Shown here one piece after another: positions 25,991 through 38,865 of a DNA stretch of 64,000 nt. The DNA is taken from NCBI RefSeq assembly GCF_018977255.1, contig NW_024704743.1, forward strand, positions 91,266,001 through 91,330,000, given 5' to 3'. The notes beneath the pieces were generated by a model. It saw only the letters and a list, made by a program, of their open reading frames with translations, was not told the DNA's origin and searched no databases. Positions within the stretch are counted from its first letter, which is position 1. Each line of letters starts with the position of its first letter. This stretch comes from Callorhinchus milii. Its lineage: Eukaryota. A program made the translations under genes and the position numbers.

Positions 25991-28543
25991 CTTTAAATAA
26001 AATGAACAGAGAAAAGTCATTTTAGATAATAGATATTCAAATCACATCCATTTTGGTTAAAAAAAGTGGTTTGCAATGTGATTTTTGGAGAATCTTGCTA
26101 GTAACAGTCAGTACCTTACAGCATAATCCTAATCCTCTTAAAAGAACTACTTCCTACTTTATAATTCACTGCCTTGCACAACAGAGATTTTTACTAAAAC
26201 AGCACCATAGCCATCTGCTCCCAGATGTCTACCATTATTTTCCATAATCATCATTTAACTGTGTTGGGTGCAGGAAAGGGAGCTTCCAAAATTCAATAAA
26301 AGCTAGCTGTGCTCCCGATAACAGCAGCAAACGGCTTTGTCAAGTGTCAACCACCAACTGGCAAGTCTCTATGAAGCTGCAAAATGAAGGGGAAGCTATG
26401 TCTAAGGAGCAGTGCTTTCTGTTCAATGGTGTCTAAATATGTCTAAGTACTTATTAAATGTCATTGATCTTCAGGCTGAGATCCAGTGTTTTTCATTGCT
26501 TGGATCACTCCAACCCACCAGCATCTGTCTCGGAAACAGCCTGGAACTGCCCGATCCTGAACATATCTCTACCAGGCAAGCACCCAGTGAGAAGAATGCT
26601 TCTTAAGTTTAAGTTTTTTTTAAGTTTCTTCAAACTAAAAATTACACTGAACTCAGTAATCACTTGGCAATCTTACCAATGTATCTGGTAGCCTGCTCTC
26701 AGGTTACACACTTGACACAGTTTTCATTCTGGATTCACAGAATTATGTCTGATTTCATTCCAACAAACCAAATGATCTCTTGTTTACTTACCCAGCAACT
26801 AAAAGATGCACAATATGGTTTGAAACAACCAGTCGGAACAAGGCGGTTCTTGCAAGTAAATTAATCCAATAAATTAGGTATTCAGGATTTTGTAAAATAA
26901 TGCATTGACATCACAAAACGCAAATACGAGCTTGGAACATTGGATTACAGCAAAGCGGTTCAATAATTGGCAGAATATTTTTTAAAATAGTGTCAGTTCT
27001 ACTGATTAGCTCTAAAAATTGAACCATTAGCAAGTCTGATTCTTAATCAAATTATATTAATTTTAAAACATCCTAATGAATTTCATACAAGGCAAGCAGG
27101 TCTGTCGCTTACCAAGCCTGCGAGAGCAGCTGGGAGAGAGGAAATACATTTAAAAATCTGACACTGCATTTTACCCTCTGCACCCACATCAAACTCCCCT
27201 GATGACACATGGGATCATGAGGCAGGCTGAGCATCCAAGACGTCCATCACTTGTCTGACAGTACAGTACTGTGTTAGCAAAGACCTTGCAGTCAGTGTCA
27301 GTGTTGAATCATTTTATTTTGTAAACACCTGCATATAGGGAATTGCTCTCTTTATAGTTCATGTCTCCTTTCATGTGATACGTTCCAGCCATGTCAAACT
27401 GGCATGTGGGTGGAACAATCTTGAGGTAAATTAATGTTAAACTACAAGAGGTTATCTGCTCAATCCCACATTCCAACAACAAGCAATTATTTATGAGAGG
27501 CACAATCAAACTACTGCAAGATCGCATCAGCATGCCTGAACAAGTTGAATCTTTCCTACCTCCCCACCCCCAACAACCAACACTCACAGGAGAACATATA
27601 GTTCTACTGATATTTCTTAGACATGTATGTAGGAATTATGATACTTGCTGGCTTGTTGAGTCAAGGCTATCATTGGAATCTCAGTTGACATTGAGCCATT
27701 GTACGAAGCCCTGGGCCTTGATTATGAGATTCTGATGAACTGTACAAATGGTCGCTTCATTGATTTTCTATTTGCAGTTCAGCACCTCATTCCAACTTTG
27801 TGCCAATTGTCATCCAAAAAGACTTACCAGTCAAGAAAGTGGTTTTAATCTTGGCTCCCCATTTATTTATAGCAACAAGTCACCCACACTCAGTCATCAA
27901 CATTTGGTCTGGCTAGTCAGGAATGATAAGAGAGGAAAGCACTGTAGGAGACGAGACCTCTTATGTTTCTTCTCTATGACACTAATACAGTGAGTTCCCA
28001 ACTTCAAATCCACAGATTTGAAGTTTCAATTCAATTCAATTCAAATTCAAATCCTCCAAAAGGAGACAATAAAGAGATGAATTTACTCATACATGTCAAA
28101 GTGAACTCAAGAGCAATAGACAGAATCATGGTAGTGACAAAAATCCTTAACCTCTGTGAATGTTATATGATACAACATATCACAAGATTTAAAAACACAT
28201 TAGATTACAAACTTTGCTTGAATTACAGAGTTGAAGGACAAGTAGTCATAGATTAACATTGGCTTATACAATGGAGGAACAGCAACTAGTCATGTAGGAC
28301 ATTCATATACTGGTTTGAATCCAAATTATTTATTCAATTTGATTATTGCACAAGGCCAGCATCTTGCTCACTAACCTGCAACAGTATTATGTTTCATTGA
28401 AAGCATTTTCCTCTTCATTTATATTTTTTAATGAATTATTCATGGAGTCTTAAAATATTTGTCTCCTACAGTCCATTAGGACACAGCTAGTGGAGACTAT
28501 AGGCTTCAAGGTTTGTGAATTTGACAGGAGATGAGCAATGTAC

Positions 28544-28602
28544 CTGGTAATATTCCTATCAATCAGACAAAGCTCCTGGGAGGATTGATCATGATGTGCC
28601 AT
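28544..28602 (-). CDS. LRRCC1: LRRCC1 coding exon 1 (whole exon 28544-28642)
   Basis: MAHHDQSSQELCLIDRNIT(S), similar to the LRRCC1 N-terminus (human DVCFMDKGLQS). In-frame stops upstream of the ATG, acceptor TAATAG|, donor AG|GTAC, and phase 2 joins the next exon. Confidence 0.85.
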
Positions 28603-29736
28603 TCCGCTTCATTACGTAGTACAATTAGCATTCAATTTCAACCTATTAAAGAAAAAACAGTGCAAATTAGTCATATATTTAGTAATTTTATGATTCATCA
28701 CCTAGAATAGGATTTTTTTCTCTTCTTGTACCAGACTTTAGAGCATTTACTGTGAAACCTCAGATTTATATTGTGACTTACATTTCTCACCTTTTGAGAA
28801 CATTATTGTTCAGTTGAATGTTCTCAAAATGTCTTTTCATATTGATTCAAAGCAAGTTTTAAAAGCTGTGAAGGAAGAAAGATCCCTACTGATAACGTTC
28901 CTGAATTAAGACAATATAATCCACTCTATTTGGCTACATTTGCTACCTTACATTTTGTTGTGTGTGTCAATGAAGGAATTTTGTTGTTGTTGTTACAGAA
29001 GGATGTGAGAGACAGCAATATAAAATAATCAATTTAATAATGCTGTCGATAACTTTGGTGTTAAAATTCTTTCTGAATCTAACAAAGTGTGAGCAGCATT
29101 AATAAAAGTTCCATTACATACCTGCTTCCAACTTCACTGAAGCCTCTTAAAACACTGAGTGAGGCCCCTCAAATAAGAATCTTTGAAACAAATGGACATT
29201 CTTCTCAAAAGTTAAAAATGTAATTTTATTAAAGACGACCTTGTGATTATACAGTAGCTTTGTAAAAGATTCAGTTCGAATTTAGTTCTTCGATAAGTAA
29301 GAGACCTTGTCCTTCAATGTAACCAATCTTTCCATTAAATCCTACTCCACTCCCATGAGTTCATTGTTGCTCAATTTTAATTGCACAATTATTCCACAAT
29401 TTGTTCAATTAGAAACCAATTTGCAAAGTATCTCATGTGTGAAAACTTTCATTACTGAACTTTTTAGCAAAATATTTAGTATGGCAAAAATCAACTTTTT
29501 TTTTGTCAGCTGAATATCTAACAGTGAGGAAACCCAACATGCTTAATCGTATGTAAGCGTACTTAAAAATACCAGACTAATATTTCCATGAAACCCAAAG
29601 GAGACCCCGCTTACCAATCTCTCTCTCCCCCAGGGAAGAGAGACACTAGTTGGTCATTTGGCATTTGACAACCGCAGGTTTCAGCTTTCACTAGCTAGAC
29701 AGATACCAGGAACTCCCTGTGAGCTCAACAAGAAAT

Positions 29737-30365
29737 ACAACAACAACAACAAATTACATTTGTAAAGCGCCTTCATGTGGGGAGGACGTCCCAATGCACT
29801 GGACAGACAGAGTTACGGACCGGAGCTAGGGGTCGGGGCTGGGGAAGGTGGAGGGCAGGGGGGGAAGCAGGGAGATCGAAATCACAGTCAAAGAGGAGGG
29901 TCTTGAGATGGGTCTTGAAGGAGGCAAGGGAGGGGGCGAGGCGGAGAGACTGCGGGATGGAGTTCCAGAGGTTGGGGGCAGAGTGGCAGAAGGCCTGCCA
30001 GCCAATAGTGGGGCGAGCGAGGAGGGGGACGTGAAGTCAGAGCCCGCTGAGCGGAGGAAGCGAGCAGGATGGTAGGGGGTTAGAAGGTCGCAGAGTTAGG
30101 GGGGAGCAAGACCTTGGAAGGCTTTGAAGTGAGGAGCAGGATCTTGAACTGTATCCTCTGTGTGATGGGAAGCCAGTGGAGTTGGCAAGGATGGGGGTGA
30201 TAGGGTCGCGGAGCCTGGTGCGGGAGAGGACACGGGCTGCAGAGTTCTGGATGATCTGCAGCCTATGAAGGGAGGAGCTGGCGAGGCCGACAAGCAATGA
30301 GTTTGCATAGTTGAGCCTCGATGTAATGAAAGCATGTATGAGAGTTTCGGCGGCCTGCGGTGTGA
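29737..30365 (-). mobile_element. L2 LINE 3' fragment
   Basis: TPQAAETLIHAFITSRLNYANSLLVGLASSSLHRLQIIQNSAARVLSRTRLRDPITPIL, with a (TTG)n tail. Confidence 0.85.
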
Positions 30366-31324
30366 AATACATACTCCTGCTTAGATAATCATCCCTGTTC
30401 ACTGAGCAATGGTTCAACTGTCTGGAGGTGCAGAATCTGAGCAGTAGCTGCTTATCTCGCTAGATATCATCAAGGTGGATACCAAGTCCTGGGTATATGA
30501 GCACGTTTCAGCAACTGTCATCCTAAGCTTCAGAATTTCCTCAACGGACAGCGGTGAGAGGACATTTACAGCTTGTGTCATGCCAATCACCTTGATGTTC
30601 TATAAAAATGAACTAGTTACAGCAACATAAGGATACTCCAAGTCCCAGAAGAAATAGAGGTAGAGAGCAACAAGATCTCCAAAAGGGACATGTCAGAGAG
30701 CAGTATATGAAGCAATTAAAAAGCTAAATGGGATAGAAAACATAAACCTGAAAAATTGCTTTCAGATACCCCAAGGTACCAGGGCAAGAATGAACAGGTT
30801 CAAGGTTATGAAGCACGAGTTCCAGACACACATCAGGACACATTTCTTTACCCAGGATAATCAATAACTTTCGCCCACAAATATACGGTTAATTCACTTT
30901 ACAGTCTATTCTGTGAAGCGCTTTGAGACGTCGAGAAGATGTGAAAAGCGCTATATCAAATGCAAGGATTATATTATTATCATAATAACTGATTATTCTG
31001 GGTAATCAGTTATTGATTATAATTGATTACCCAGTTACCAGGAAGCTAAGATGTAGGATTCATTTAAGAAACAGCTTGATGCTGTACTGAAAAGACAGCA
31101 AAGTTGGTATGCTGGAATGATGACATCAAATGGGATGAAGAACGTTCTTCAGAAACTCTCGTGATTTTGTCAAGTTCATTGCTACGTGCAAATTGGCTAC
31201 CACATTTGCCCACAAAATACACATTCTTTACATACATACCCTTTACAGTAAATCCTGCAATGCTTTTTGAGGTGTCCTCCAAATGTGAAAGGTGCTATGT
31301 CAAATGCAAAGATTTTTAAGCTGC

Positions 31325-31880
31325 AACAACAACAACAACAAGATTCCATTTATAAAGCGCCTTTCACGTCAGGAGGACGTCCCAAGGCGCTGCACAGTTG
31401 GGTCATGACCCGAGCATTGGGGAAATGGTCAGGGTGAGGGGAGGGAAGGGAGGGAGCGAGGAGGGGGGAAATGGTCAGGGTGAGGGGAGGGAAGGAAGGG
31501 AGCGAGGAGGGAGAAGAGAGTCGAGAGGGGAGCTGAAGGCTCGGTCAAAGAGAAAGGTTTTGAGACCGGCCTTGAAGGAGGAAAGGGAGGAGGCGGCGAA
31601 GGCACTGGGGGATAGAGTTCCAGAGCCTGGGGGCTGAGAGGCTGAAGGCCCGACCACCGATGGTAGGGCGGTTGGGGCGGGGGACGTGGAGCAGACCGGA
31701 GCCGGAGGAACGGAGGGTACGGGCAGGTAGGTAGGGGGATAGTAGGTTGGAGAGGTAGGAGGGAGCGAGGCCGTGAATGGCCTTGTAGGTGAGGATGAGG
31801 ATCTTGAAATCAATCCTCTGGGGGATGGGGAGCCAGTGGAGGCGAGCGAGGGTAGGAGTGATGTGGTCCCGAAGCCTGGT
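31325..31880 (-). mobile_element. L2 LINE 3' fragment (related subfamily)
   Basis: SSLSSFKAGLKTFLFDRAF end of ORF2, (TTG)n tail, and a ~45-nt tandem duplication in the 3' UTR (31420-31510). Confidence 0.8.
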
Positions 31881-32004
31881 CAGTTGATCACTATGGGGTT
31901 AAAACTATTCCTTGATTACAATCTCACAATGCCTTTACTGAAAACTGTGATCAGTTTATTACAAGAACTACACTAAAGCAGAAAGAAAATCTTTTGTGCT
32001 GCAA

Positions 32005-32313
32005 TGGAGTTCTGTAGTTCAGTGGTCAGGGCACTTGCCTCGTAAGCGAGAGACCTGGGTTCATTTCCCGGCAGGGTGAAACCTTGGGCAAGTTTCCTTA
32101 CTCCACACGCCTGATAATAATCCCTCAAGAAAAAAAAACAAGAAAAATTGGTCACTCAATCCACGACTGTTTGTGGGTCACTGCTGTGCGCAATTGGCTG
32201 CCACGTTTCGCCCACAAATGTAGTCAATTCACTTTAAAGTATATTCTGTGAAGCACTTTGAGACGTCTAGAAGACGTGAAAAGTGTATATCAAATGCAAG
32301 GATTATTATTATT
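32005..32313 (+). mobile_element. SINE family A, short form
   Basis: Full head, body and (ATT)n tail. Confidence 0.85.
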
Positions 32314-33298
32314 AAAGTTTGCTAAGCACTATAATTGCCATTTTTACTCTTCACAAGTTTCAGAAGCCAATGGGTTCAATTTGCTTGTCAGTTCCGGAAA
32401 TAAACTGTCAAAAATACATAGACATGTTCTCAATGGCCATTTGTGGATTTAATCATTGAGAGCTACACTTCTAGTTAGATGACAATTATCATTGTGAGTT
32501 CTGTAGTGACAAGAAAATATGACTAATATGAATGCAAAACATTATTGGTTAGGATCACACACACATTGCTGCATCTCAATAAGGAAAGAAGTGGAACAGC
32601 TTTCTTTATGACCAAAACATTAAATACTCATTAAATCAATAACATGGTTTCTTTTCTTCTTCATACAGTATAAACATCAAAGAACTAAATGCAGGAATCA
32701 GTTTTCCTTTACGTGATTTGCAAGCTACTACTGTATTTATTTCTATGTTAAACAACATTCCATCCACTTTGTCATAGCACACAATAAATATATAAGATAA
32801 ACTTTGACTAGTAAATGACTGATACCTTAGGTCAGTTTGACCTGACTTAAGAACATGTGGAGCTTTGAACAAATTTGGCTCTGCACAGGAAAGAAAATGA
32901 GAATTTTAAAAAAGGCACCATGTTATGCTTGGTACAGTTTACACTGAGGAATCCCCAAATTGCAAGCTCCAGATTAAGTTGAGCTAACTTGGCAAGGCAT
33001 TAAACTGAAGCAGAGCAATTCCAAACGGATATAAAAAAACTAAATTCAGTAGTGCAGTGAAGAGCTCCCTCCATAAAAGCTGTGGAATGCAGTGCATCAA
33101 AGAAAAGGGAACATCTAAGAGGAAAGAATATCACAAAATATCACATTTAAAATTTCAGTCCGTGCAATCTTATCTTACTACTAAGGCAGTAAACCCTGCT
33201 GCACTATATTGTATGCAATGAATCCATTTGCATCAGCACCTCATCCACTCCCATTAAATAGGCAAGCTGCAGGAGCTCATCTGCATTTTCTCACTGAA

Positions 33299-33650
33299 GT
33301 GGAGTCGTATAGCATATTGGTTAGAGCGCTCACTTCGCAAGCGAGAGGACCCAGGTTCGATTTGTGGGCGGAGCAAAACCTTCTGAAATTTTCCTTACTC
33401 CACACGCCTCTGTTTACCTAGCAGTAAGTAGGAACCTGATTATTAGTTGATTGGCGGATCACTTTCCTGGGGTAATAATCCCTTCAAATAAATAAATAAA
33501 TAATTTTGTCAGTCAATCCACAACTGTTTGTGGGACACGGCTGCCTTGTTTTGCCCACAAAATATACAGTCAAGCAACTTTATAATGTATTCTGTGAAGC
33601 ACTTTGAGACATCTCAATGACTTGATAAGACACCATATCAAATGCAAGGG
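33299..33650 (+). mobile_element. SINE family A, long form
   Basis: Has an extra GCCTCTGTTTACCTAGCAGTAAGTAGGAACC...GGCGGATCACTTTCCTGGGG segment absent from the short copies. Confidence 0.8.
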
Positions 33651-34249
33651 TTTAACTTTATAATAGGAATGAGCCATTATAAACTGAGTGATGCATGATT
33701 ATCATGATGTTCACTAAGGATTTACAATGCAGCACTGACCCACTGAAGTGTGATGTTAGTCAAACATGAGATTAGTGGAAGCAATCCAATCAATCAGTGA
33801 TTTCTCTTGAAATTTTTTTTGCATGGAAAATTCTCTAAACAATCTTCAGTACTGTAGTTCATTTCGTCCTTCGGATTTTCTCACTTAAATTTTAAATAAT
33901 TTTTTTTCTGGTCTCTAATACATCAGAGAAAAATATGACTATTTAGAGAAATTAGGCAATGTCTGCTATTTCCTCAAATCATCACAAAGCAATAACATTT
34001 CTTGCATTTTATATAGTGCCTTTCATGTTAGGAGGACATCTCAAAGAGCTTCATAGGATTTACTGTATTCCTGAATTAAACACTGATTGATTTCAGATCA
34101 AAATGCTAGTGGGTACAATTGTACAAAAGGGCGCTGGGCATAACACCACTCTCACCAGTGTCACGATGGGCAGTGGGTAATGTCAGGGAGCTCGTGTCTC
34201 TGACAATAATAACACACTCTCTCAGCCTCTGTCCAGGTTACAGTCTGAG

Positions 34250-34870
34250 TTTTTTTTATTTTGGTCAGCTGGGTGTCTGACACATATGGGAACCCATTAT
34301 CAAGCTTAAAGAGTATATTAAAAAAATGAATCCAACCTACACATGGAAATTGCAGACATACAGTATTTACTGAAATGCAATGTGCACTCTCTCCCTGAGA
34401 CGCATCCTGCTTACCTAATTCTGTAAAGTATTAGGCACAGGTTGCAAAGAGGCAAGGCTTGGGGACCCCAGAGCGTGCTGTGCGTTGGGATACTGCTGGA
34501 GTCTAACCAGCTAAAACCGCAGAGCTTGCCAATGCAAGCTTTCCCGCTGCTTGTCCAGCTCGGACCACCCCAGCTTTGGCATGCAAGGCTAACAGGCGCT
34601 GAGTTAACCAGAGTTAACCTACCGATAAGCCAGGCTGGCTATGCTGTGATCAGCAGTGCCCTGGGATTCTGCGGACCCGCCAGGCTCAGAGGCGAGTGAG
34701 ACCTCCGCAGAGGGCTGCTGGATTCCAACTTTCCATTGCCAGCCATGTCACCTTGGAGCCGGGTGAGCTCCAACGGGAACCCACTAACCTCCCCGGGGAG
34801 GATAGTCACTGGTTGTTCGGTCAACAAGTGTAGGTTTGAGCCTCACCAGGAACTCCCTGTGAGCTGCAAT
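34250..34870. repeat. Unclassified dispersed element (longest copy)
   Basis: Homologous to 1-485, 29495-29727 and 45465-45760 (e.g. CATCCTGCTTACCTAATTCTG, TACTGCTGGA.TCTAACCAGCTAAAA, CAGCAGTGCCCTGG). Confidence 0.8.
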
Positions 34871-37800
34871 AATAGCCCCCCACCCCTGTGACTCTCTGTG
34901 AGCTGCAGTAACAGCCCCCCCCCCCCGGGACTCTGTGTGAGCTGCAGTAACAGCCCTCCCCCCCCCGGGACTCTGTGTGAGCTGCAGTAACAGCCCCCCA
35001 CCCACCCCGGGACTCTGTGTGAGCTGCAGTAACAGCCCCCCCCCCGGGACTCTGTGTGAGCTGCAGTAACAGCCCCCCCCCCCCCCGGGACTCTGTGTGA
35101 GCTGCAGTAACAGCCCCTCCCCCGGGACTCTGTGTGAGCTGCAGTAACAGCCCTCCCCCCCCCGGGACTCTGTGTGAGCTGCAGTAACAGCCCCCCCCCC
35201 CCCGGACTCTGTGTGAGCTGCAGTAACAGCCCCCCCCCCCCCGGGACTCTGTGTGAGCTGCAGTAACAGCCCCCCCCCCCCCCGGGACTCTGTGTGAGCT
35301 GCAGTAACAGCCCCCCCCCCCGGGACTCTGTGTGAGCTGCAGTAACAGCCCCCCCCCCGGGACTCTGTGTGAGCTGCAGTAACAGCCCCCCCCCCCCCCC
35401 GGGACTCTGTGTGAGCTGCAGTAACAGCCCCCCCCCCCCCGGGACTCTGTGTGAGCTGCAGTAACAGCCCCCCCCCCCCCCGGGACTCTGTGTGAGCTGC
35501 AGTAACAGCCCCCCCCCCCCCCCGGGACTCTGTGTGAGCTGCAGTAACAGTCCCCCCCCCCCCCGGGACTCTGTGTGAGCTGCAGTAACAGCCCCCCCCC
35601 CCCGGGACTCTGTGTGAGCTGCAGTAACAGCCCCCCGGACTCTGTGTGAGCTGCAGTAACAGCCCACCCCTCCCCCCGGGACTCTGTGTGAGCTGCAGTA
35701 ACAGCCCCCCCCCCCCGGACTCTGTGTGAGCTGCAGTAACAGCCCCCCCCCCCCGGGACTCTGTGTGAGCTGCAGTAACAGCCCCCCCCCCCCCCCGGGA
35801 CCTCTGTGTGAGCTGCAGTAACAGCCCCCCCCCCCCGGGACTCTGTGTGAGCTGCAGTAACAGCCCCCCCCCCCCGGGGACTCTGTGTGAGCTGCAGTAA
35901 CAGCCCCCCCCCCCCACGGCCAGTAACACCCCCCGGGACTCTGTGTGAGCTGCAGTAACAGCCCCCCCCCCCCCCGGGACCTGTGTGAGCTCAGTACAGC
36001 CCCCCCCCCGGACTCTGTGTGAGCTGCAGTAACAGCCCCCCCCCCCCCGGGACTCTGTGTGAGCTGCAGTAACAGCCCCCCCCCCACCCCCCGGGACTCT
36101 GTGTGAGCTGCAGTAACAGCCCCCCCCCCCCCGGGACTCTGTGTGAGCTGCAGTAACAGCCCCCCCCCCCGGGACTCTGTGTGAGCTGCAGTAACAGCCC
36201 CCCCCCCCCGGGACTCTGTGTGAGCTGCAGTAACAGCCCCCCCCCCCCCCGGGACTCTGTGTGAGCTGCAGTAACAGCCCCCCCCCCCCCCGGGACTCTG
36301 TGTGAGCTGCAGTAACAGCCCCCCCCCCCCCCCCGGGACTCTGTGTGAGCTGCAGTAACAGCCCCCCCCCCCCCCGGGACTCTGTGTGAGCTGCAGTAAC
36401 AGCCCCCCCCCCCCCCCGGGACTCTGTGTGAGCTGCAGTAACAGCCCCCCCCCCCCCGGGACTCTGTGTGAGCTGCAGTAACAGCCCCCCCCCCCGGGAC
36501 TCTGTGTGAGCTGCAGTAACAGCCCCCCCCCCCCCCCCCGGGACTCTGTGTGAGCTGCAGTAACAGCCCCCCCCCCCCCCGGGACTCTGTGTGAGCTGCA
36601 GTAACAGCCCCCCCCCCCCGGGACTCTGTGTGAGCTGCAGTAACAGCCCCCCCCCCCCCCCGGGACTCTGTGTGAGCTGCAGTAACAGCCCCCCCCCCCC
36701 CGGGACTCTCTGTGAGCTGCAGTAACAGCCCCCCCCCCCCCCCCGGGACTCTGTGTGAGCTGCAGTAACAGCCCCCCCCCCCCCCCGGGACTCTGTGTGA
36801 GCTGCAGTAACAGCCCCCCCCCCCCCGGGACTCTGTGTGAGCTGCAGTAACAGCCCCCCCCCCCCCCCCCCCGGGACTCTGTGTGAGCTGCAGTAACAGC
36901 CCCCCCCCCCCCGGGACTCTGTGTGAGCTGCAGTAACAGCCCCCCCCCCCCCGGGACTCTGTGTGAGCTGCAGTAACAGCCCCCCCCCCCCCCGGGACTC
37001 TGTGTGAGCTGCAGTAACAGCCCCCCCCCCCCCCGGGACTCTGTGTGAGCTGCAGTAACAGCCCCCCCCCCCCCCCCGGGACTCTGTGTGAGCTGCAGTA
37101 ACAGCCCCCCCCCCCCCCCCGGGACTCTGTGTGAGCTGCAGTAACAGCCCCCCCCCCGGGACTCTGTGTGAGCTGCAGTAACAGCCCCCCCCCCCCCCGG
37201 GACTCTGTGTGAGCTGCAGTAACAGCCCCCCCCCCCCCGGGACTCTGTGTGAGCTGCAGTAACAGCCCCCCCCCCCCCCGGGACTCTGTGTGAGCTGCAG
37301 TAACAGCCCCCCCCCCCCCCCGGGACTCTGTGTGAGCTGCAGTAACAGCCCCCCCCCCCCCCGGGACTCTGTGTGAGCTGCAGTAACAGCCCCCCCCCCC
37401 CGGGACTCTGTGTGAGCTGCAGTAACAGCCCCCCCCCCCGGGACTCTGTGTGAGCTGCAGTAACAGCCCCCCCCCCCCCCCGGGACTCTGTGTGAGCTGC
37501 AGTAACAGCCCCCCCCCCCCCGGGACTCTGTGTGAGCTGCAGTAACAGCCCCCCCCCCCCCCCCCGGGACTCTGTGTGAGCTGCAGTAACAGCCCCCCCC
37601 CCCCCCGGGACTCTGTGTGAGCTGCAGTAACAGCCCCCCCCCCGGGACTCTGTGTGAGCTGCAGTAACAGCCCCCCCCCCCGGGACTCTGTGTGAGCTGC
37701 AGTAACAGCCCCCCCCCCCCCCGGGACTCTGTGTGAGCTGCAGCAACAGCCCCCCCCCCCCCCGGGACTCTGTGTGAGCTGCAGTAACAGCCCCCCCCCC

Positions 37801-38267
37801 CCCCGGGACTCTGTGTGAGCTGCAGTAACAGCCCCCCCCCCCCGGGACTCTGTGTGAGCTGCAGTAACAGCCCCCCCCCCCCGGGACTCTGTGTGAGCTG
37901 CAGTAACAGCCCCCCCCCCCCCGGGACTCTGTGTGAGCTGCAGTAACAGCCCCCCCCCCCGGGACTCTGTGTGAGCTGCAGTAACAGCCCCCCCCCCCCC
38001 CCGGGACTCTGTGTGAGCTGCAGTAACAGCCCCCCCCCCCCCCCCGGGACTCTGTGTGAGCTGCAGTAACAGCCCCCCCCCCCCCCCCCGGGACTCTGTG
38101 TGAGCTGCAGTAACAGCCCCCCCCCCCCCCCCGGGACTCTGTGTGAGCTGCAGTAACAGCCCCCCCCCCCCCGGGACTCTGTGTGAGCTGCAGTAACAGC
38201 CCCCCCCCCGGGACTCTGTGTGAGCTGCAGTAACAGCCCCCCCCCCCCCCCCCGGGACTCTGTGTGA
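34850..38267. repeat. Minisatellite/VNTR: GGGACTCTGTGTGAGCTGCAGTAACAG + variable C-run (~40-nt unit, roughly 80-90 copies)
   Basis: Directly visible 27-nt constant core alternating with C-runs of about 6-20 nt; degenerate at the left end, homogeneous at the right. Confidence 0.98.
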
Positions 38268-38276
38268 AATGATTAC

Positions 38277-38400
38277 CTGAGATCTGAACTTTTAAAAACT
38301 TTCAGGATGTGTCTCTCGGCCGCGGGGAAAGTCAAACCGCCCGCTCCCCGGAGCACTTCCGGCGCCTCCGCTTCCCCCGGACAACGCAGGCCCCGGACAA
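38277..38400 (-). other. LRRCC1: LRRCC1 putative non-coding first exon (upstream boundary unknown)
   Basis: Minus-strand donor CAG|GTAATC at 38277/38276 at the edge of the CpG island. The first coding exon has its own AG acceptor, so an upstream exon is required. Confidence 0.6.
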
Positions 38401-38865
38401 TCGTTCCCCCCCCCCGGCGGGACTGAGCGGGTGTTGCTATGGGAACGGCAGGTGGTGGGGGTTGGGGTGGGGGGTGGGGGGGGAGTGGCTGCTGGTGTTT
38501 CTCTGGAGGAGGGGACACCGCCCATTAGAATATTCCCCGCCTTTTTCCGGCAATGCCGAACCTTTGAACCCGTCGTAGCAACGTTTAAAAGTGCTTCACC
38601 CGGGACTTACCCCCGAACATGTAGTGACTGTGCGCGTGTGTCTGCGGTGTTTTGTGTGTGTGTGTGTGCGTGGTTTTTTTTGCTCTTGGCCCGAATCGTG
38701 TTCGATTTCGCCCCACAAATGAAGTCGGATTTATGTCAAGCCGGAGAGGGTGGGTGAGCGGTGGCGAAAAATCAGGGCGATGGAGGGGAGGGCTGGCGGG
38801 ACGTGACGCGACGCGACGCAGTGCTGGTGGGTTCGCCCGAAGCTGTGGGAGAGAGACGTGGCACT
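38280..38865. promoter_or_regulatory. CpG island / LRRCC1 promoter
   Basis: Only non-repeat CpG-dense, GC-rich segment in the window. Contains ETS-like CACTTCCGG (38354-38362), an X-box, E2F-like GTGGCGAAAA (~38761) and CRE-like CGTGACGC (~38802). Confidence 0.75.
38433..38446. promoter_or_regulatory. RFX X-box motif
   Basis: GTTGCTATGGGAAC matches the palindromic X-box consensus GTTGCCATGGCAAC with 2 mismatches. LRRCC1 is a centriolar/ciliary gene. Confidence 0.65.

Noticed and set aside
34784..37746. 967-aa and 381-aa Gly-rich ORFs
   Set aside because: The repeat unit has no stop codon on the minus strand, so these are translation artefacts whose frame depends on homopolymer lengths.
34850..38267. 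CRISPR-like array (constant 27-nt repeat plus variable spacer)
   Set aside because: The spacers are only poly-C runs, there are no cas genes, and the context is a vertebrate intron.
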